A stretch of DNA of 60,897 bases from an uncultured Gammaproteobacteria bacterium (GTDB lineage Bacteria > Patescibacteriota > Patescibacteriia > UBA9570 > CAZNEH01). Positions 42,500 to 51,893 of this stretch are shown here, piece after piece (position 1 is the stretch's first letter; the number at the start of each line of letters is the position of its first letter). The notes under the pieces are model-generated. The model saw only the letters and a list, made by a program, of their open reading frames with translations, searched no databases and was not told where the DNA came from. Position numbers and translations under genes: made by a program. The stretch lies in contig CAZNEH010000003.1 of assembly GCA_964572175.1 (NCBI GenBank), positions 7,488-68,384 of the forward strand, written 5' to 3'.

Positions 42500-43162
42500 T
42501 TACTTTAACATCCCTTCTCCTAAAGGGTTGTATCCTGATTCGATTTCATCCCCATCATTGTATCCGTCACCGTCAGTGTCTTTTTTTAAGGGGTCAGTAC
42601 CATAAGTGGCCTCTTCTTCGTCTGTAAGGCCGTCACCGTCTGAATCTACAGCAACTGGAGTAGTATTAGTATTTTCGTTTGTGTTTGTGTTGGTGTTAGT
42701 GACTGTAGTATTAACGACATTAGTATTAGTAGTAGGAGTGGTTTCAGGAGTTTGGTTTAAGTAAAAATATAACCAAATTCCACCAGCAGCTAAAGCAGCG
42801 ATAACAATAATAGCCACAATAATTAAAATAGTTTTTTGCATCATAGAAAGACCTTCTCGACCAAATAGTTCAGCTTCGTCTTCAGTAGAAAGAGCGGCTT
42901 GCTCAGCAGTTGGAGGAGCAGCTTGAGGAGGGGTCATTTTTGGAGCTGGCTGAGGAGGGGTTAGCGGGGCAACTTGAGGTCTGGGAGCAGGGGTCGGAGC
43001 TGGAGCGGCTGGCTGCGGAGTAGGTGCTTTGGGAACGGGTCGAGGTTGAGGTTGTTGGGCAGGAAGATTTGGAGGAGTTGGCCCGCCTAGACTTGGCGAG
43101 GCTGGCCCGGCTGGAGTTTTAGGTTGAGGGGTTTGTTGAGGTTGTTGTACGTCGTCGAACAT
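42500..43162 (-). CDS. single-pass membrane protein: Pro-rich N-terminus, Thr/Asn-rich linker, thrombospondin-type-3-like Asp repeats
   Basis: 220 aa with PQQTPQPKTPAGP..., a TM (IILIIVAIIVIAALAAGGIWLYFY), NTNTNTNENTNT and DSDGDGLTDEEE...DTDGDGYNDGDE. Confidence 0.55.
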   Translation of the reverse strand: MFDDVQQPQQTPQPKTPAGPASPSLGGPTPPNLPAQQPQPRPVPKAPTPQPAAPAPTPAPRPQVAPLTPPQPAPKMTPPQAAPPTAEQAALSTEDEAELFGREGLSMMQKTILIIVAIIVIAALAAGGIWLYFYLNQTPETTPTTNTNVVNTTVTNTNTNTNENTNTTPVAVDSDGDGLTDEEEATYGTDPLKKDTDGDGYNDGDEIESGYNPLGEGMLK

Positions 43163-43223
43163 ATACTAGTTTTTAGTTTGTTAGTATTTAGTTGTTAGTA
43201 TTATACCATAATATAAAAAACTA

Positions 43224-43232
43224 TGCTATAAT
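43224..43232 (+). promoter_or_regulatory. extended -10 promoter, leaderless, for the histidine kinase
   Basis: TGCTATAAT. The ATG at 43241 is 8 nt after the -10. Confidence 0.5.
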
Positions 43233-43240
43233 ATATTTAT

Positions 43241-44872
43241 ATGTGGAAAATATTTAAAGATTTAAAGCTTAAGTATAAGCTATTTATTATTTTAGCGGTT
43301 TTACTTTATTTAGCCGTTAGTTCTTGGATTTTTAGTTTTTCAACTTTAAAAGACATTGATGATAGTTATTCTAGGTTAGAAAGTTACTCTTTGCCTAGTT
43401 TATTGGTTACCTCAGACTTAAAAGATAGTTTAAGTTTGTCTTTTGCTCAAGCGGCAGATTATGTGACTACTGGAAATCAAGAGTTTAAAACTCAGTTTAC
43501 AGAGAATTTTAAACAAGCTGTGGCTGCGGAGATTGATTTATTTGAGTTAGCCCAAACTGATGCGGATTTTGAGTTTACCCAGTTATTTGAAGAAGAGATT
43601 AATGAGATTAATCAAGGCTTAACTGGAATTATTGATAAATACGAAAAAGACCCAGAAAATTTTGCGGCTCAACAAGAATTAGCTAATTTAGGAGAGTTGC
43701 GAGATGATTTTGATATGTTTTTGGAAGAACAAGTGACTGTAAAAGCTCAGGCCCAGATTAATGAAGCTTCTAGTAAGATTGATAGCACTGTGAGCAGAGT
43801 TATTATTTATACTTGGTTTGTGGTAGCGGGAGTATTAATTATTACGGTAATTATTTTGTTTTTAATTCGACACAATATTACTAAGCCTGTAGAGATTTTA
43901 ACCGTGGCGGCCAAGAAAATGGGTAAAGGTAAATTTGAGCCCACTGGTTTAAAGCGTAATGATGAACTTGGTTTATTTGCGCAAACTTTTGATAAAATGG
44001 GAGTAGACATTACTAAAGCACGGGAAGACCTAGAAGCAGAATTAGTAAAAACTAAAGAACTTGATAAACAAAAAAGTGAGTTTTTATCTATTGCCGCCCA
44101 TCAATTAAGAACTCCAATGGCCGGAGTTAAATGGGTTATGGACATGTTGGTTGAGGGTGATATGGGGCCATTAACTGAAGAGCAAAAACATCATTTAAAA
44201 AATGGCGTAGATAATAGCACTAGAATGATCAAGTTGATTAATGACTTACTTGATGTGACTAAAATAGAAGCGCAAAAGTTTCAATATCAAATTGCTAAAG
44301 TAAACTTGGTAGAAGTAATTGATGAAGTTTTAGCAGAGTTCTCCGCCAATATAGAAAAGAAAAAGTTAAAAGTTGATCTACAAGTAGAAAAAGTAGTAGA
44401 GATAAATGTAGATCGTAAGAAGATTAATATTGCTTTATCTAATTTAATTGATAACGCGATTAAATATTCTCCAGAAGGAAAGACTATTACGGTTAGATTA
44501 GTTAAAGAAAAAGATGGTTTATTAATTACAGTGGCTGATCAAGGTTATGGGATTCCTGAAAAGCAACAAAATCAAGTATTTGATAAATTTTTTAGAGGAG
44601 CGAATATTTTAAAGATTGAAACAGACTACTCTACCATTGGAACTGGCTTAGGACTTCATTTAACTAAGGATATTATTGAAAAACATGAAGGTAAGATTTG
44701 GTTTGAGTCTGCAGAAAACAAAGGTACTAAATTCTTTATTAAACTTCCTTTAAATTTAAAAGTAGTAAAACAAGTTAAGACTAAAAAAGATATTCAAAGT
44801 CAGAAACAAAAAGTTTTAACTCCAGAAGAAATTGAAGAACTTAAGAAGAAGATACAAGATAAACAAAAATAA
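43241..44872 (+). CDS. sensor histidine kinase (periplasmic sensor-TM-HAMP-HisKA-HATPase)
   Basis: 543 aa with an H-box (SIAAHQLRTPM), an N-box (LIDNAIKYS) and G-boxes (DQGYGIP, GTGLGLHL). No response regulator is adjacent. Confidence 0.9.
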   Translation: MWKIFKDLKLKYKLFIILAVLLYLAVSSWIFSFSTLKDIDDSYSRLESYSLPSLLVTSDLKDSLSLSFAQAADYVTTGNQEFKTQFTENFKQAVAAEIDLFELAQTDADFEFTQLFEEEINEINQGLTGIIDKYEKDPENFAAQQELANLGELRDDFDMFLEEQVTVKAQAQINEASSKIDSTVSRVIIYTWFVVAGVLIITVIILFLIRHNITKPVEILTVAAKKMGKGKFEPTGLKRNDELGLFAQTFDKMGVDITKAREDLEAELVKTKELDKQKSEFLSIAAHQLRTPMAGVKWVMDMLVEGDMGPLTEEQKHHLKNGVDNSTRMIKLINDLLDVTKIEAQKFQYQIAKVNLVEVIDEVLAEFSANIEKKKLKVDLQVEKVVEINVDRKKINIALSNLIDNAIKYSPEGKTITVRLVKEKDGLLITVADQGYGIPEKQQNQVFDKFFRGANILKIETDYSTIGTGLGLHLTKDIIEKHEGKIWFESAENKGTKFFIKLPLNLKVVKQVKTKKDIQSQKQKVLTPEEIEELKKKIQDKQK

Positions 44873-44886
44873 ATAAATTTAAAACA

Positions 44887-44917
44887 GTCCCCCGGCTAAA
44901 GCCGAGGGACATTTTTT
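44887..44917 (+). terminator. terminator after the histidine kinase
   Basis: GTCCCCCGGC-TAAA-GCCGAGGGAC followed by ATTTTTT. Confidence 0.65.
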
Positions 44918-44960
44918 ATACTCAAGTTTAATGTCCTGCCCCTTTAGGGGTAGGACTGAC

Positions 44961-45392
44961 CTAACTGAGTAATTGAAGAACAGTTTTGCAAGCTTGGGCG
45001 CCGAGATGGCGGCGGCGGTCAGCTTGGTCGTAAGTAGTGCAAGTGGAAATGCCAAAGCCAACTGGTTTTTCGAGATCTATAGAAAGTTTCATTAAATAGT
45101 GGCTTAAAGGTTCACAGATATATTCAAAATGCATGGTTTCCCCTTTTATTAGGCAGCCCATAGCTACAAAGCCATCAAAGTCTTGATGGATTTTTTTAAT
45201 TTGATAAGGGATTTCGTAAGATCCAGGTACCTCGAAAACGCTATACTCTACTCCATATTTTTTTAATACTTCTTCGGCCTGCTTGAGCATGTCTGAAGTA
45301 ATATCTTCATTAAAAACAGCTCGCACTAAAGCGATTTTTTTATTTTTAATCCCCTCTTTATTGATTTTAAACTTTACTGATTCGGTGGACAT
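44961..45392 (-). CDS. ribH: 6,7-dimethyl-8-ribityllumazine synthase
   Basis: 143 aa with KIALVRAVFNEDIT...VPGSYEIP...GCLIKGETMHFEYI. Confidence 0.8.
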   Translation of the reverse strand: MSTESVKFKINKEGIKNKKIALVRAVFNEDITSDMLKQAEEVLKKYGVEYSVFEVPGSYEIPYQIKKIHQDFDGFVAMGCLIKGETMHFEYICEPLSHYLMKLSIDLEKPVGFGISTCTTYDQADRRRHLGAQACKTVLQLLS

Positions 45393-45966
45393 ATTTTCCT
45401 ATTAAGTCGAATTCTAGATTGACTTTGTCATTAATTTTTAGATTTCCTAAGTTAGTGTTTTCTAAAGTATGTTGAATTAAGGCTATTTTATTTTTGTCGA
45501 ATATAGTTAAGCTTACGCCGTTGATAGTGATTGAGCCCTTGTTGATAATAAATTTATTATATTTAGCTGGAAATTTTAGAGTGAATATTTTAGAGTCTTT
45601 GTCTTTTTTGATGTTAGAAATAGTTCCGGTGCAGTCGACATGGCCAGAGACTAGGTGTCCGCCGACTAGATCGTTTAATTTTAAAGATCTTTCTAGATTT
45701 ACCAGTGGCATTTCGCTTTGCGAACTGCTCTGGCAAGCGGGAATGTTTTTATTAAAGGCAGTTAGGCGGATTGTTTCGGGCATGTGCTCGAAAGTGAAGC
45801 TAGTTTTAGTTTGTTTACAAATCGTAGAACAAATTCCGTTTAGGCAAATGCTTTCGCCTAGTTTTGTTTTCCAGGAGCTAGGTTTTTTTACAGTTATAAA
45901 AAGATGGCCGTTTTTTTCTTCGGTTTTGGTAATGGGTTTAAGAGATTGAACTATTCCGGAAAACAT
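45367..45966 (-). CDS. ribE: riboflavin synthase alpha chain
   Basis: 199 aa with MFSGIVQ and duplicated lumazine-binding halves (GESICLNGICST / GSITINGVSLT). Confidence 0.9.
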   Translation of the reverse strand: MFSGIVQSLKPITKTEEKNGHLFITVKKPSSWKTKLGESICLNGICSTICKQTKTSFTFEHMPETIRLTAFNKNIPACQSSSQSEMPLVNLERSLKLNDLVGGHLVSGHVDCTGTISNIKKDKDSKIFTLKFPAKYNKFIINKGSITINGVSLTIFDKNKIALIQHTLENTNLGNLKINDKVNLEFDLIGKYVHRISKV

Positions 45967-46309
45967 TTAGATCTTTTTTAATTTGTTTAATAAGAGCTTG
46001 TTTGTTTGGGAATTTTTTATTAGCTCTTATTTTCTTAATTAACTTAACAGAAATGTACTGATTGTACAAGTTTTTTTTAAAATTTGGGATATAAACTTCT
46101 AGTCTTTCTTGAGGGTCGTTAAAAGTTTTGGGTGAGCCAATAAAGGCAAGGGCTTTGTATTGCTTACCATGGATGCGAGTGAGAGTAATATAAACGCCCC
46201 GCGGAACGGGGCGATGTATATTTAAGTTAGCAGTAGGAAAACCTAGTTTTCTACCTCTTCCAGAAAATTTTCTTACTTTACCTATAATTCTTTTTTTACT
46301 TGAGTCCAC
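45938..46309 (-). CDS. riboflavin kinase (stand-alone RibF C-terminal domain)
   Basis: 123 aa with GRGRKLGFPTANL and a C-terminal E..IR...F-type motif region. Confidence 0.8.
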   Translation of the reverse strand: MDSSKKRIIGKVRKFSGRGRKLGFPTANLNIHRPVPRGVYITLTRIHGKQYKALAFIGSPKTFNDPQERLEVYIPNFKKNLYNQYISVKLIKKIRANKKFPNKQALIKQIKKDLNVFRNSSIS

Positions 46310-46617
46310 TTTTTCTTTAGCTCGGTTTTTACTTTTTTAGCTTCTCCTTCAGCTAATTTCTTTTTAGCTGCATATTCTTTAACAACATCATCAACAATAT
46401 CGTCGTATTTTTTCTTAGTTAAAGTTTTTACTTTACTTGCTTTTTTAGCAACTTCTTTACCTAGATGGGTTGCTTCTTTTTTAACGTCTTTAACCATTTT
46501 TTTACCAGCTTTGGTTTGGGTAAAGAATAAAGCGGCGCTAGTGGCGACAACTGCTCCTAAAGCAGCTCCCACAGCGAAAGGATGTTTTTTAGCCATAGTT
46601 TTTATAAAGTTAATCAT
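46282..46617 (-). CDS. small Lys-rich membrane-anchored protein (YtxH-like)
   Basis: Start set at MINFIKTMAKKHPFAVGAALGAVVATSAALFF (46617). The longer track ORF would read through a 5' hairpin. Confidence 0.4.
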   Translation of the reverse strand: MINFIKTMAKKHPFAVGAALGAVVATSAALFFTQTKAGKKMVKDVKKEATHLGKEVAKKASKVKTLTKKKYDDIVDDVVKEYAAKKKLAEGEAKKVKTELKKKWTQVKKEL

Positions 46618-46669
46618 ATTTTTATTTTTGCGGACCGCAGATTTGCGATCCTTACTATTATAACACAAA

Positions 46670-48019
46670 CTATAATTCGACGCTATCGCCTTCTTCTGGG
46701 ACTAGGGATTCGATGCCCAGGTCTTGGGTGATGGTTTTTGCTAGAGATTGGGCTTGATCTGCTTCACCATGGGTGACAAATATTTTTTTAGGTTTTTTCT
46801 CTATACCAGAAATTAATTTTAAAAGTTTTGGTTTATCAGCATGGGCAGAATAAGCACCGATAGCTCGGACTTTGGCTTTTACTTCTACGTCTTGGCCCAT
46901 GATTTTTACTCTCTTCTCGCCTTCTAATAATTTACGACCTAGAGTTCCCCTAACCTGGTAGCCGACGATTAAGAGTTGGCTGCGCCAGTCTGGTAAATAA
47001 CGCTGTAAGTGAAAGCCAATGCGGCCACCCACGCACATTCCAGAACCAGCTAAAATTATTTTAGGTGGACGAACGTTGTTAATTTGTTTTGACTCTCGGC
47101 TAGAGCGAGTCATTTTTAGTCCAGGAAAGTTAAAAACATCGTCGCCAGAGGCAATTAAGTCGTGAGCCTCTTTATTAAATAATTCCTCGTGCATTTTAAA
47201 TATATCAGTAGCCTTAATAGCCAAGGGACTGTCGACAAAAACTGGGACTGGAGGAACGTCTTTGTTTTCTATAAGCTGGTTAAGTTCGTATAAAAGTTCT
47301 TGGGTACGCTCTAAGGCAAAGGCAGGAATCATTAAGACGCCTTTGTTTTTAACAGTTTCGTAAATTGCAGATTGTAAAAGCAAGAGGCGTTCTTTAGAGT
47401 CTTCGTGGATGCGGTCGCCATAAGTAGATTCGATAATTAAGTAATCCGCATCTTTGATTTGTTCGGTGGCATGAAGTAATGGTACTGGAGGGTTTCCTAA
47501 ATCTCCGGAGAAAGTTATTTTTTTGCCATCTATTTTTAATTTTAAAATTCCTGAGCCTAGAATATGGCCAGCGTCTTTAAAAGTAAAGCTTAGTTTGTCA
47601 GATATTTTAGTAGTGTGATTGTAGTCTACGCCCTCAAATAAAGTTAAAACTTGTTCGACATCAAAATGAGTGTATAAAGGTGGGTAGCCTCCTTCACTAG
47701 CTTCGTTAGCTAAGACATGTTGAGAATCTTCGAGCATGACATTGCCAAAGTCTTTGGTGGCTTTAGTGCAAAATACTTTTCCTCTAAAACCCTCTTTGTA
47801 TAACCTGGGAACACGGCCGCAATGATCTAAATGGGCGTGAGTTAAAAAAACATAATCTATGTCCGCCGGGTTATAAGGAAAAGGATTGTAGTTTTTGTTT
47901 TCTGAAAATTTACTTCCTTGAAAAATGCCGCAGTCAACTAGAATTTTAATGTCCCCTGCTTCTAATAAGTAATTAGAGCCGGTTACCTCTTGGGCTGCGC
48001 CGTAAAAAGATAGTTTCAT
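46670..48019 (-). CDS. MBL-fold beta-CASP RNA-metabolising hydrolase
   Basis: 449 aa with HAHLDHCG, beta-CASP motifs and a C-terminal HGE. Confidence 0.8.
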   Translation of the reverse strand: MKLSFYGAAQEVTGSNYLLEAGDIKILVDCGIFQGSKFSENKNYNPFPYNPADIDYVFLTHAHLDHCGRVPRLYKEGFRGKVFCTKATKDFGNVMLEDSQHVLANEASEGGYPPLYTHFDVEQVLTLFEGVDYNHTTKISDKLSFTFKDAGHILGSGILKLKIDGKKITFSGDLGNPPVPLLHATEQIKDADYLIIESTYGDRIHEDSKERLLLLQSAIYETVKNKGVLMIPAFALERTQELLYELNQLIENKDVPPVPVFVDSPLAIKATDIFKMHEELFNKEAHDLIASGDDVFNFPGLKMTRSSRESKQINNVRPPKIILAGSGMCVGGRIGFHLQRYLPDWRSQLLIVGYQVRGTLGRKLLEGEKRVKIMGQDVEVKAKVRAIGAYSAHADKPKLLKLISGIEKKPKKIFVTHGEADQAQSLAKTITQDLGIESLVPEEGDSVEL

Positions 48020-48021
48020 AT

Positions 48022-49104
48022 TTATATTTTTATTATTTCAAATTCTGCGTCCCTTAATAATTCATCTAAGCCAATTTCGTTTTCTATTTTTTCTAGGTCT
48101 ATGGGTTTGCTGGAAATGGCAACTTGTTTAGGGATTAAGAACGAGCAGCAGTCGTCGTAAGGAAGGATGGAGATTTCGTAGGTGCCGATTTTTTTAGCTA
48201 AGTCGATAATTTCTTGTTTGTCATAAGAAATTAAAGGACGATATATAGGAAGGTCTACAGCCATAGAGGTGGTGTGCATGTTGGGTAGAGTTTGGGAGGC
48301 GACCTGGCCAATGCTTTCGCCAGTAACTATGCCGCGGACTTTTTCTCTACGAGCAATGTTGGCGGCTAGTTTGAGCATTAAGCGGCGATATAAAAGAATG
48401 CGGTATTTGGCTGGAGCTAAAGTGACTATTTTCTTTTGAATATCCCCTATTCCAATGGAGTATAGCTTGGCGTTGCCCTGATAAGTGTTTAGTTGTTTAA
48501 CTATTTTTTTGACGTTTTCTACAGATTGTTTAGAAGTATGAGGATAGCTATGAAAATGAGTGTAAACCATCTTACAACCGCGTTTCATGGCCAAATAAGA
48601 CGATACTGGAGAGTCTATCCCAGAAGAGATCATTGAAATAAGTGAGCCACTAGAGCTTAAAGGAAGGCCGCCTGGGCCTTTTATTTTTTCAGTATAAAAG
48701 TATATTTTTTCTTCGACTATGTCTAAGTTGATGGTTAGCTCGGGATTATCTAGGTCGACTTTAGAGTCGATCATGTTGCCGACTTTAATATTTACTTCTT
48801 GAGAGGTTAAAGGATATTTTTTATCAGAACGTTTTGTTCTAACGGCAAAGGTTTTAAATTTTTTAGGAAGTAAACTAGGAATTTCTTCTAAGGTTTTTAT
48901 TTCTTTAACTATGGCATAATTAGTGATGCCGAAAATAGTGTGAAGCTCGTCGGGAGACTCGCTTTCCACTAAAAAGCCGCCAGAGATTTTTTTAAGAGTT
49001 TTTGGCTTTAGCTTAGTTTTAATTTGAGCTTTTAATTTATCCTCAAAAAAAGTTCTGTTTTTTCCTTTAAGAGTTATTTCAGAAAATCTAACTAGAATGA
49101 GCAT
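48022..49104 (-). CDS. thiI: tRNA 4-thiouridine synthase ThiI (THUMP + PP-loop, no rhodanese domain)
   Basis: 360 aa with LISMISSGIDSPVSSYL and an N-terminal ferredoxin-like/THUMP region. Confidence 0.8.
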   Translation of the reverse strand: MLILVRFSEITLKGKNRTFFEDKLKAQIKTKLKPKTLKKISGGFLVESESPDELHTIFGITNYAIVKEIKTLEEIPSLLPKKFKTFAVRTKRSDKKYPLTSQEVNIKVGNMIDSKVDLDNPELTINLDIVEEKIYFYTEKIKGPGGLPLSSSGSLISMISSGIDSPVSSYLAMKRGCKMVYTHFHSYPHTSKQSVENVKKIVKQLNTYQGNAKLYSIGIGDIQKKIVTLAPAKYRILLYRRLMLKLAANIARREKVRGIVTGESIGQVASQTLPNMHTTSMAVDLPIYRPLISYDKQEIIDLAKKIGTYEISILPYDDCCSFLIPKQVAISSKPIDLEKIENEIGLDELLRDAEFEIIKI

Positions 49105-49772
49105 AGGCGGGCGGGAGTTTTAGATTTGTTAATATAAATATTTTGACCAGTTTTTAGTTCAATATATTTTTGATTGTTGTCGTCGACTAAAACAGCTGGG
49201 CCGCGAGTTAGGTGGACTTTTATCTTAGCGTCTTCTTTTAAGACTAAGTGCTGGATTAAAGAAATGGCGTTGTTAAAAGCCAGGCCCAAGCCGTCAGAAA
49301 AATTACTGCGGGTAACGCTTTGGTAATAAGCAGTACTGCCAAAAGGAGTGGCTACGATTATTCCGTCGCCTAAAATTTCTTGTTCATATAATTTGTCATC
49401 AATATAAACTTCAAAACGAATGGCTTTGTTGTAGTGTTTATGCATAACCACTACGTCGTTTAAGGCAGTGATAGTTTTTTGGCCTACTCGAGCCTCGACT
49501 TTATTATATTCTTTAATAGTAAATTTATTGGTGAGTAATTTTTTAAGGATTTGTTTTTTAGGTAGATCAATACAGTTTTTGCAGATTTGACTGTTTTTTA
49601 TTACTACTTTAGGGATTCCTGGGTAAACTCTTTCCGCCCTTAAAAGAGTGCCATCACCGCCATAGCAAATAATTATTTCTGGGTTTTTTTGGACTATTTC
49701 AAAACCAGGGTAGTTTTTTTTGAGATCTTTAATAAGCTCGGCTTTTTTTAAGCCAGTAACGATAATTTTCAT
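49092..49772 (-). CDS. nadK: NAD kinase (short)
   Basis: 226 aa with the GGDGT motif (ICYGGDGTLLRA). TATAAT (49779-49784) lies 6 nt before the ATG, so the gene looks leaderless. Confidence 0.8.
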   Translation of the reverse strand: MKIIVTGLKKAELIKDLKKNYPGFEIVQKNPEIIICYGGDGTLLRAERVYPGIPKVVIKNSQICKNCIDLPKKQILKKLLTNKFTIKEYNKVEARVGQKTITALNDVVVMHKHYNKAIRFEVYIDDKLYEQEILGDGIIVATPFGSTAYYQSVTRSNFSDGLGLAFNNAISLIQHLVLKEDAKIKVHLTRGPAVLVDDNNQKYIELKTGQNIYINKSKTPARLCSF

Positions 49773-49854
49773 ATAGTTATTATACCTGGAATTAAGTTTG
49801 ACGGCAAGCTATTTTTTTGGTTTAATTAAGGGGTAATAATTAAATTTAAAAAAT

Positions 49855-50877
49855 ATGACAGAGCCAGGAGCTAACCCTCGAATTGATCGACCAACTGCCG
49901 GAGCTAATTTTTATGTGCCAGATAAAATTAAAGAAGTTCCAGAAAAAATTAGAGAAGAGGTTAAGGGTGAGTACAGAAAGTTAATGGTGGCTACCCTAAA
50001 AAGATATGATCGTAATCAGACTCCAGTTGATGTGGCCATGCCTGCCTTTTTAAGTTTACAGGAATCTCATTTTGAAAGAGCTATAGAAAGAGTTCGTTTA
50101 AAAAGAGAGGCTCAAACAGATGAGTTAACTGGTCTTTTAAAAGTGACGGCCATGACTAATCAATATGAGATTACTCGAAAGAGATTATCTAATGAAAGTA
50201 CTCCAGAAGATCAGTGTGCAGTAGTTATTACTTTTGATTTAGACTTTTTTAGACAGATAAATGATAAAATAGGACATCCAGGAGCAGATACTATTTTAGC
50301 AGAGATTGGTCAAAAATTAGGAGATGAGTCTAACAATTTAAGACCTGGTGATATTGCTGGTCGGGTAGGTGGAGACGAGTTTGCAATGATTTTAAGCAAC
50401 ATAAAAAAATCTGAAGTAGAAACAGCTATTCAAAGAATTCATCAAATAGTTGGGTCTATTTCTAGACCAGAAATTGGAGAAGTAAAAAGTAGTTTTGGAG
50501 CTTTGATTATTAATAAGGGAGATACTAGGCTTTTTGATGATGTGCGAACAGCAAGTGACGAGGCGACCTATGGAGTTAAAGACTATGGTCGTAATGGATA
50601 TGCTATTGTTGATGGGGATCAAGTAAAGATTGTTAATAGAGATGAGAATGGTGAATATCAAGAAAGTTACCAAGGGACTGAAATGCCTAAACCAGATGAG
50701 GCTCATCGAATAAAAGAAGTTGGTAATGCAATACAAAGAATTACCGAGGAAATGGATAAAGCTAAAGAAAAGCCTTGTTTTGATAAAGCTAAAATGACTG
50801 AAGTGGAGTCAGCTGTAGAAACTATTGGTAAAGCTTATTTTGAAGCTAAGAATTGTAACGAGAGTATTACAGAGTAG
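49855..50877 (+). CDS. GGDEF-domain protein (putative diguanylate cyclase)
   Basis: 340 aa with RVGGDEFAMIL and upstream FDLDFFRQINDKIGHPGAD. The N- and C-terminal extensions are of unknown function. Confidence 0.8.
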   Translation: MTEPGANPRIDRPTAGANFYVPDKIKEVPEKIREEVKGEYRKLMVATLKRYDRNQTPVDVAMPAFLSLQESHFERAIERVRLKREAQTDELTGLLKVTAMTNQYEITRKRLSNESTPEDQCAVVITFDLDFFRQINDKIGHPGADTILAEIGQKLGDESNNLRPGDIAGRVGGDEFAMILSNIKKSEVETAIQRIHQIVGSISRPEIGEVKSSFGALIINKGDTRLFDDVRTASDEATYGVKDYGRNGYAIVDGDQVKIVNRDENGEYQESYQGTEMPKPDEAHRIKEVGNAIQRITEEMDKAKEKPCFDKAKMTEVESAVETIGKAYFEAKNCNESITE

Positions 50878-51808
50878 TGATTGGACGAGATTGAGTAATG
50901 TAAAACTTAGATTTATATAAAGCCCATTCGATATCTTGAGGGGAGCCATAGTGCTCCTCTATTTTTTGACAGATAATAGAAAGTTTTTTGATTTGAGCGT
51001 CAGTAAGTTTTTGTTTGCTGGCCTTAGTTTTAGGAACCTTCTTCTCCTCTACTCCAGCAGTTTTAGTTTTTACGATCATCATGTTTTGTTCAGAAATGTT
51101 TTTGTCTAAAATTCGAGGAATGTTTCCTTTGGCGATAACATAGGTGTCTGGAGTAACTAAGCCACCAACAATAGCCTCTCCTAACCCGTAGCCAGCTTCT
51201 AAAACTATTTGGTCAAGATCGCGGGTAACAGGATGAGCAGTAAAGGTTATGCCAGAGATTTCGGATTGAACCATGGTTTGGATGACGACCGCCACAGAGA
51301 CTTTAGCGTCTTGTAAGTTTTTTTCGTAGCGGTAGAAGATGGCGCGCGGAGTAAATAAAGAGGACCAGCATTTTTTGACGCTGTCTAGTAAATCTTTATT
51401 GGTTACGTTTAAATATGTTTCTAACTCACCAGCCCAAGAAGCAACTTTAGAATCTTCGGCTGTGGCAGAAGAACGAATAGCTACGAACTTGGCTTTTAGT
51501 TTTTTAAAGTCAGCTTCGATTTCTTTGGCAATGTCTTTTGGGAATTCTACGTCGGCAATAAGATCTCTGATTACATTAGAAGCTTTGTCAACGGAATTAA
51601 TATCTTCAAAGTTTACTTTTTTTAATTGAGTAATAATTTCGACATTAAGGTCGGTCTCTTCTAAGAAACGGTCAAAGGCATTGGCCGTAACTACAAAGCC
51701 AGGAGGAACCGGGATTTTAGCTTGAGTCATCTCGCCCAAAGAAGCGCCTTTTCCCCCAGCCTCGTTCACGCTTTTTTTATTAATTTTTTTGAAGTTTTTA
51801 CAATACAT
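50867..51808 (-). CDS. stand-alone PpsA/PPDK-type N-terminal ATP-grasp (nucleotide-binding) subunit
   Basis: Start set at MYCKNFKK (51808). The track start is a GTG inside repeat 51818-51884. Motifs: AGGKGASLGEM, VAIRSSATAEDS, and an end at YITQSRPITTL, the usual end of the PPDK_N domain. There is no swivel or TIM-barrel domain. Confidence 0.85.
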   Translation of the reverse strand: MYCKNFKKINKKSVNEAGGKGASLGEMTQAKIPVPPGFVVTANAFDRFLEETDLNVEIITQLKKVNFEDINSVDKASNVIRDLIADVEFPKDIAKEIEADFKKLKAKFVAIRSSATAEDSKVASWAGELETYLNVTNKDLLDSVKKCWSSLFTPRAIFYRYEKNLQDAKVSVAVVIQTMVQSEISGITFTAHPVTRDLDQIVLEAGYGLGEAIVGGLVTPDTYVIAKGNIPRILDKNISEQNMMIVKTKTAGVEEKKVPKTKASKQKLTDAQIKKLSIICQKIEEHYGSPQDIEWALYKSKFYITQSRPITTL

Positions 51809-51817
51809 AGTTTCGAG

Positions 51818-51884
51818 GACCGAGATAAACTCGGTCACAACAGCCCATCCTAACAGTGCTGTTGTGATCTAGCTTGTCTAGATC
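51818..51884 (+). repeat. triple-hairpin intergenic repeat, full copy
   Basis: Three consecutive hairpins: GACCGAG-ataaa-CTCGGTC, ACAACAGC-loop-GCTGTTGT and GATCTAG-cttgt-CTAGATC. Confidence 0.85.
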
Positions 51885-51893
51885 TATAAAGAT

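Noticed and set aside
44961-46309. An FMN riboswitch upstream of the riboflavin genes, and T-box leaders upstream of lysS, proS and alaS.
   Set aside because: The rib genes are internal to a longer minus-strand gene string with no leader-sized gap. The aaRS genes have either no upstream spacer or a short, unstructured one.
51809-51838. N-terminal extension MTEFISVLET of the ATP-grasp ORF in the track.
   Set aside because: It would start at a GTG inside the first hairpin of the triple-hairpin repeat, and the same sequence occurs non-coding at 53820. ATG 51808 gives a normal PPDK_N N-terminus.
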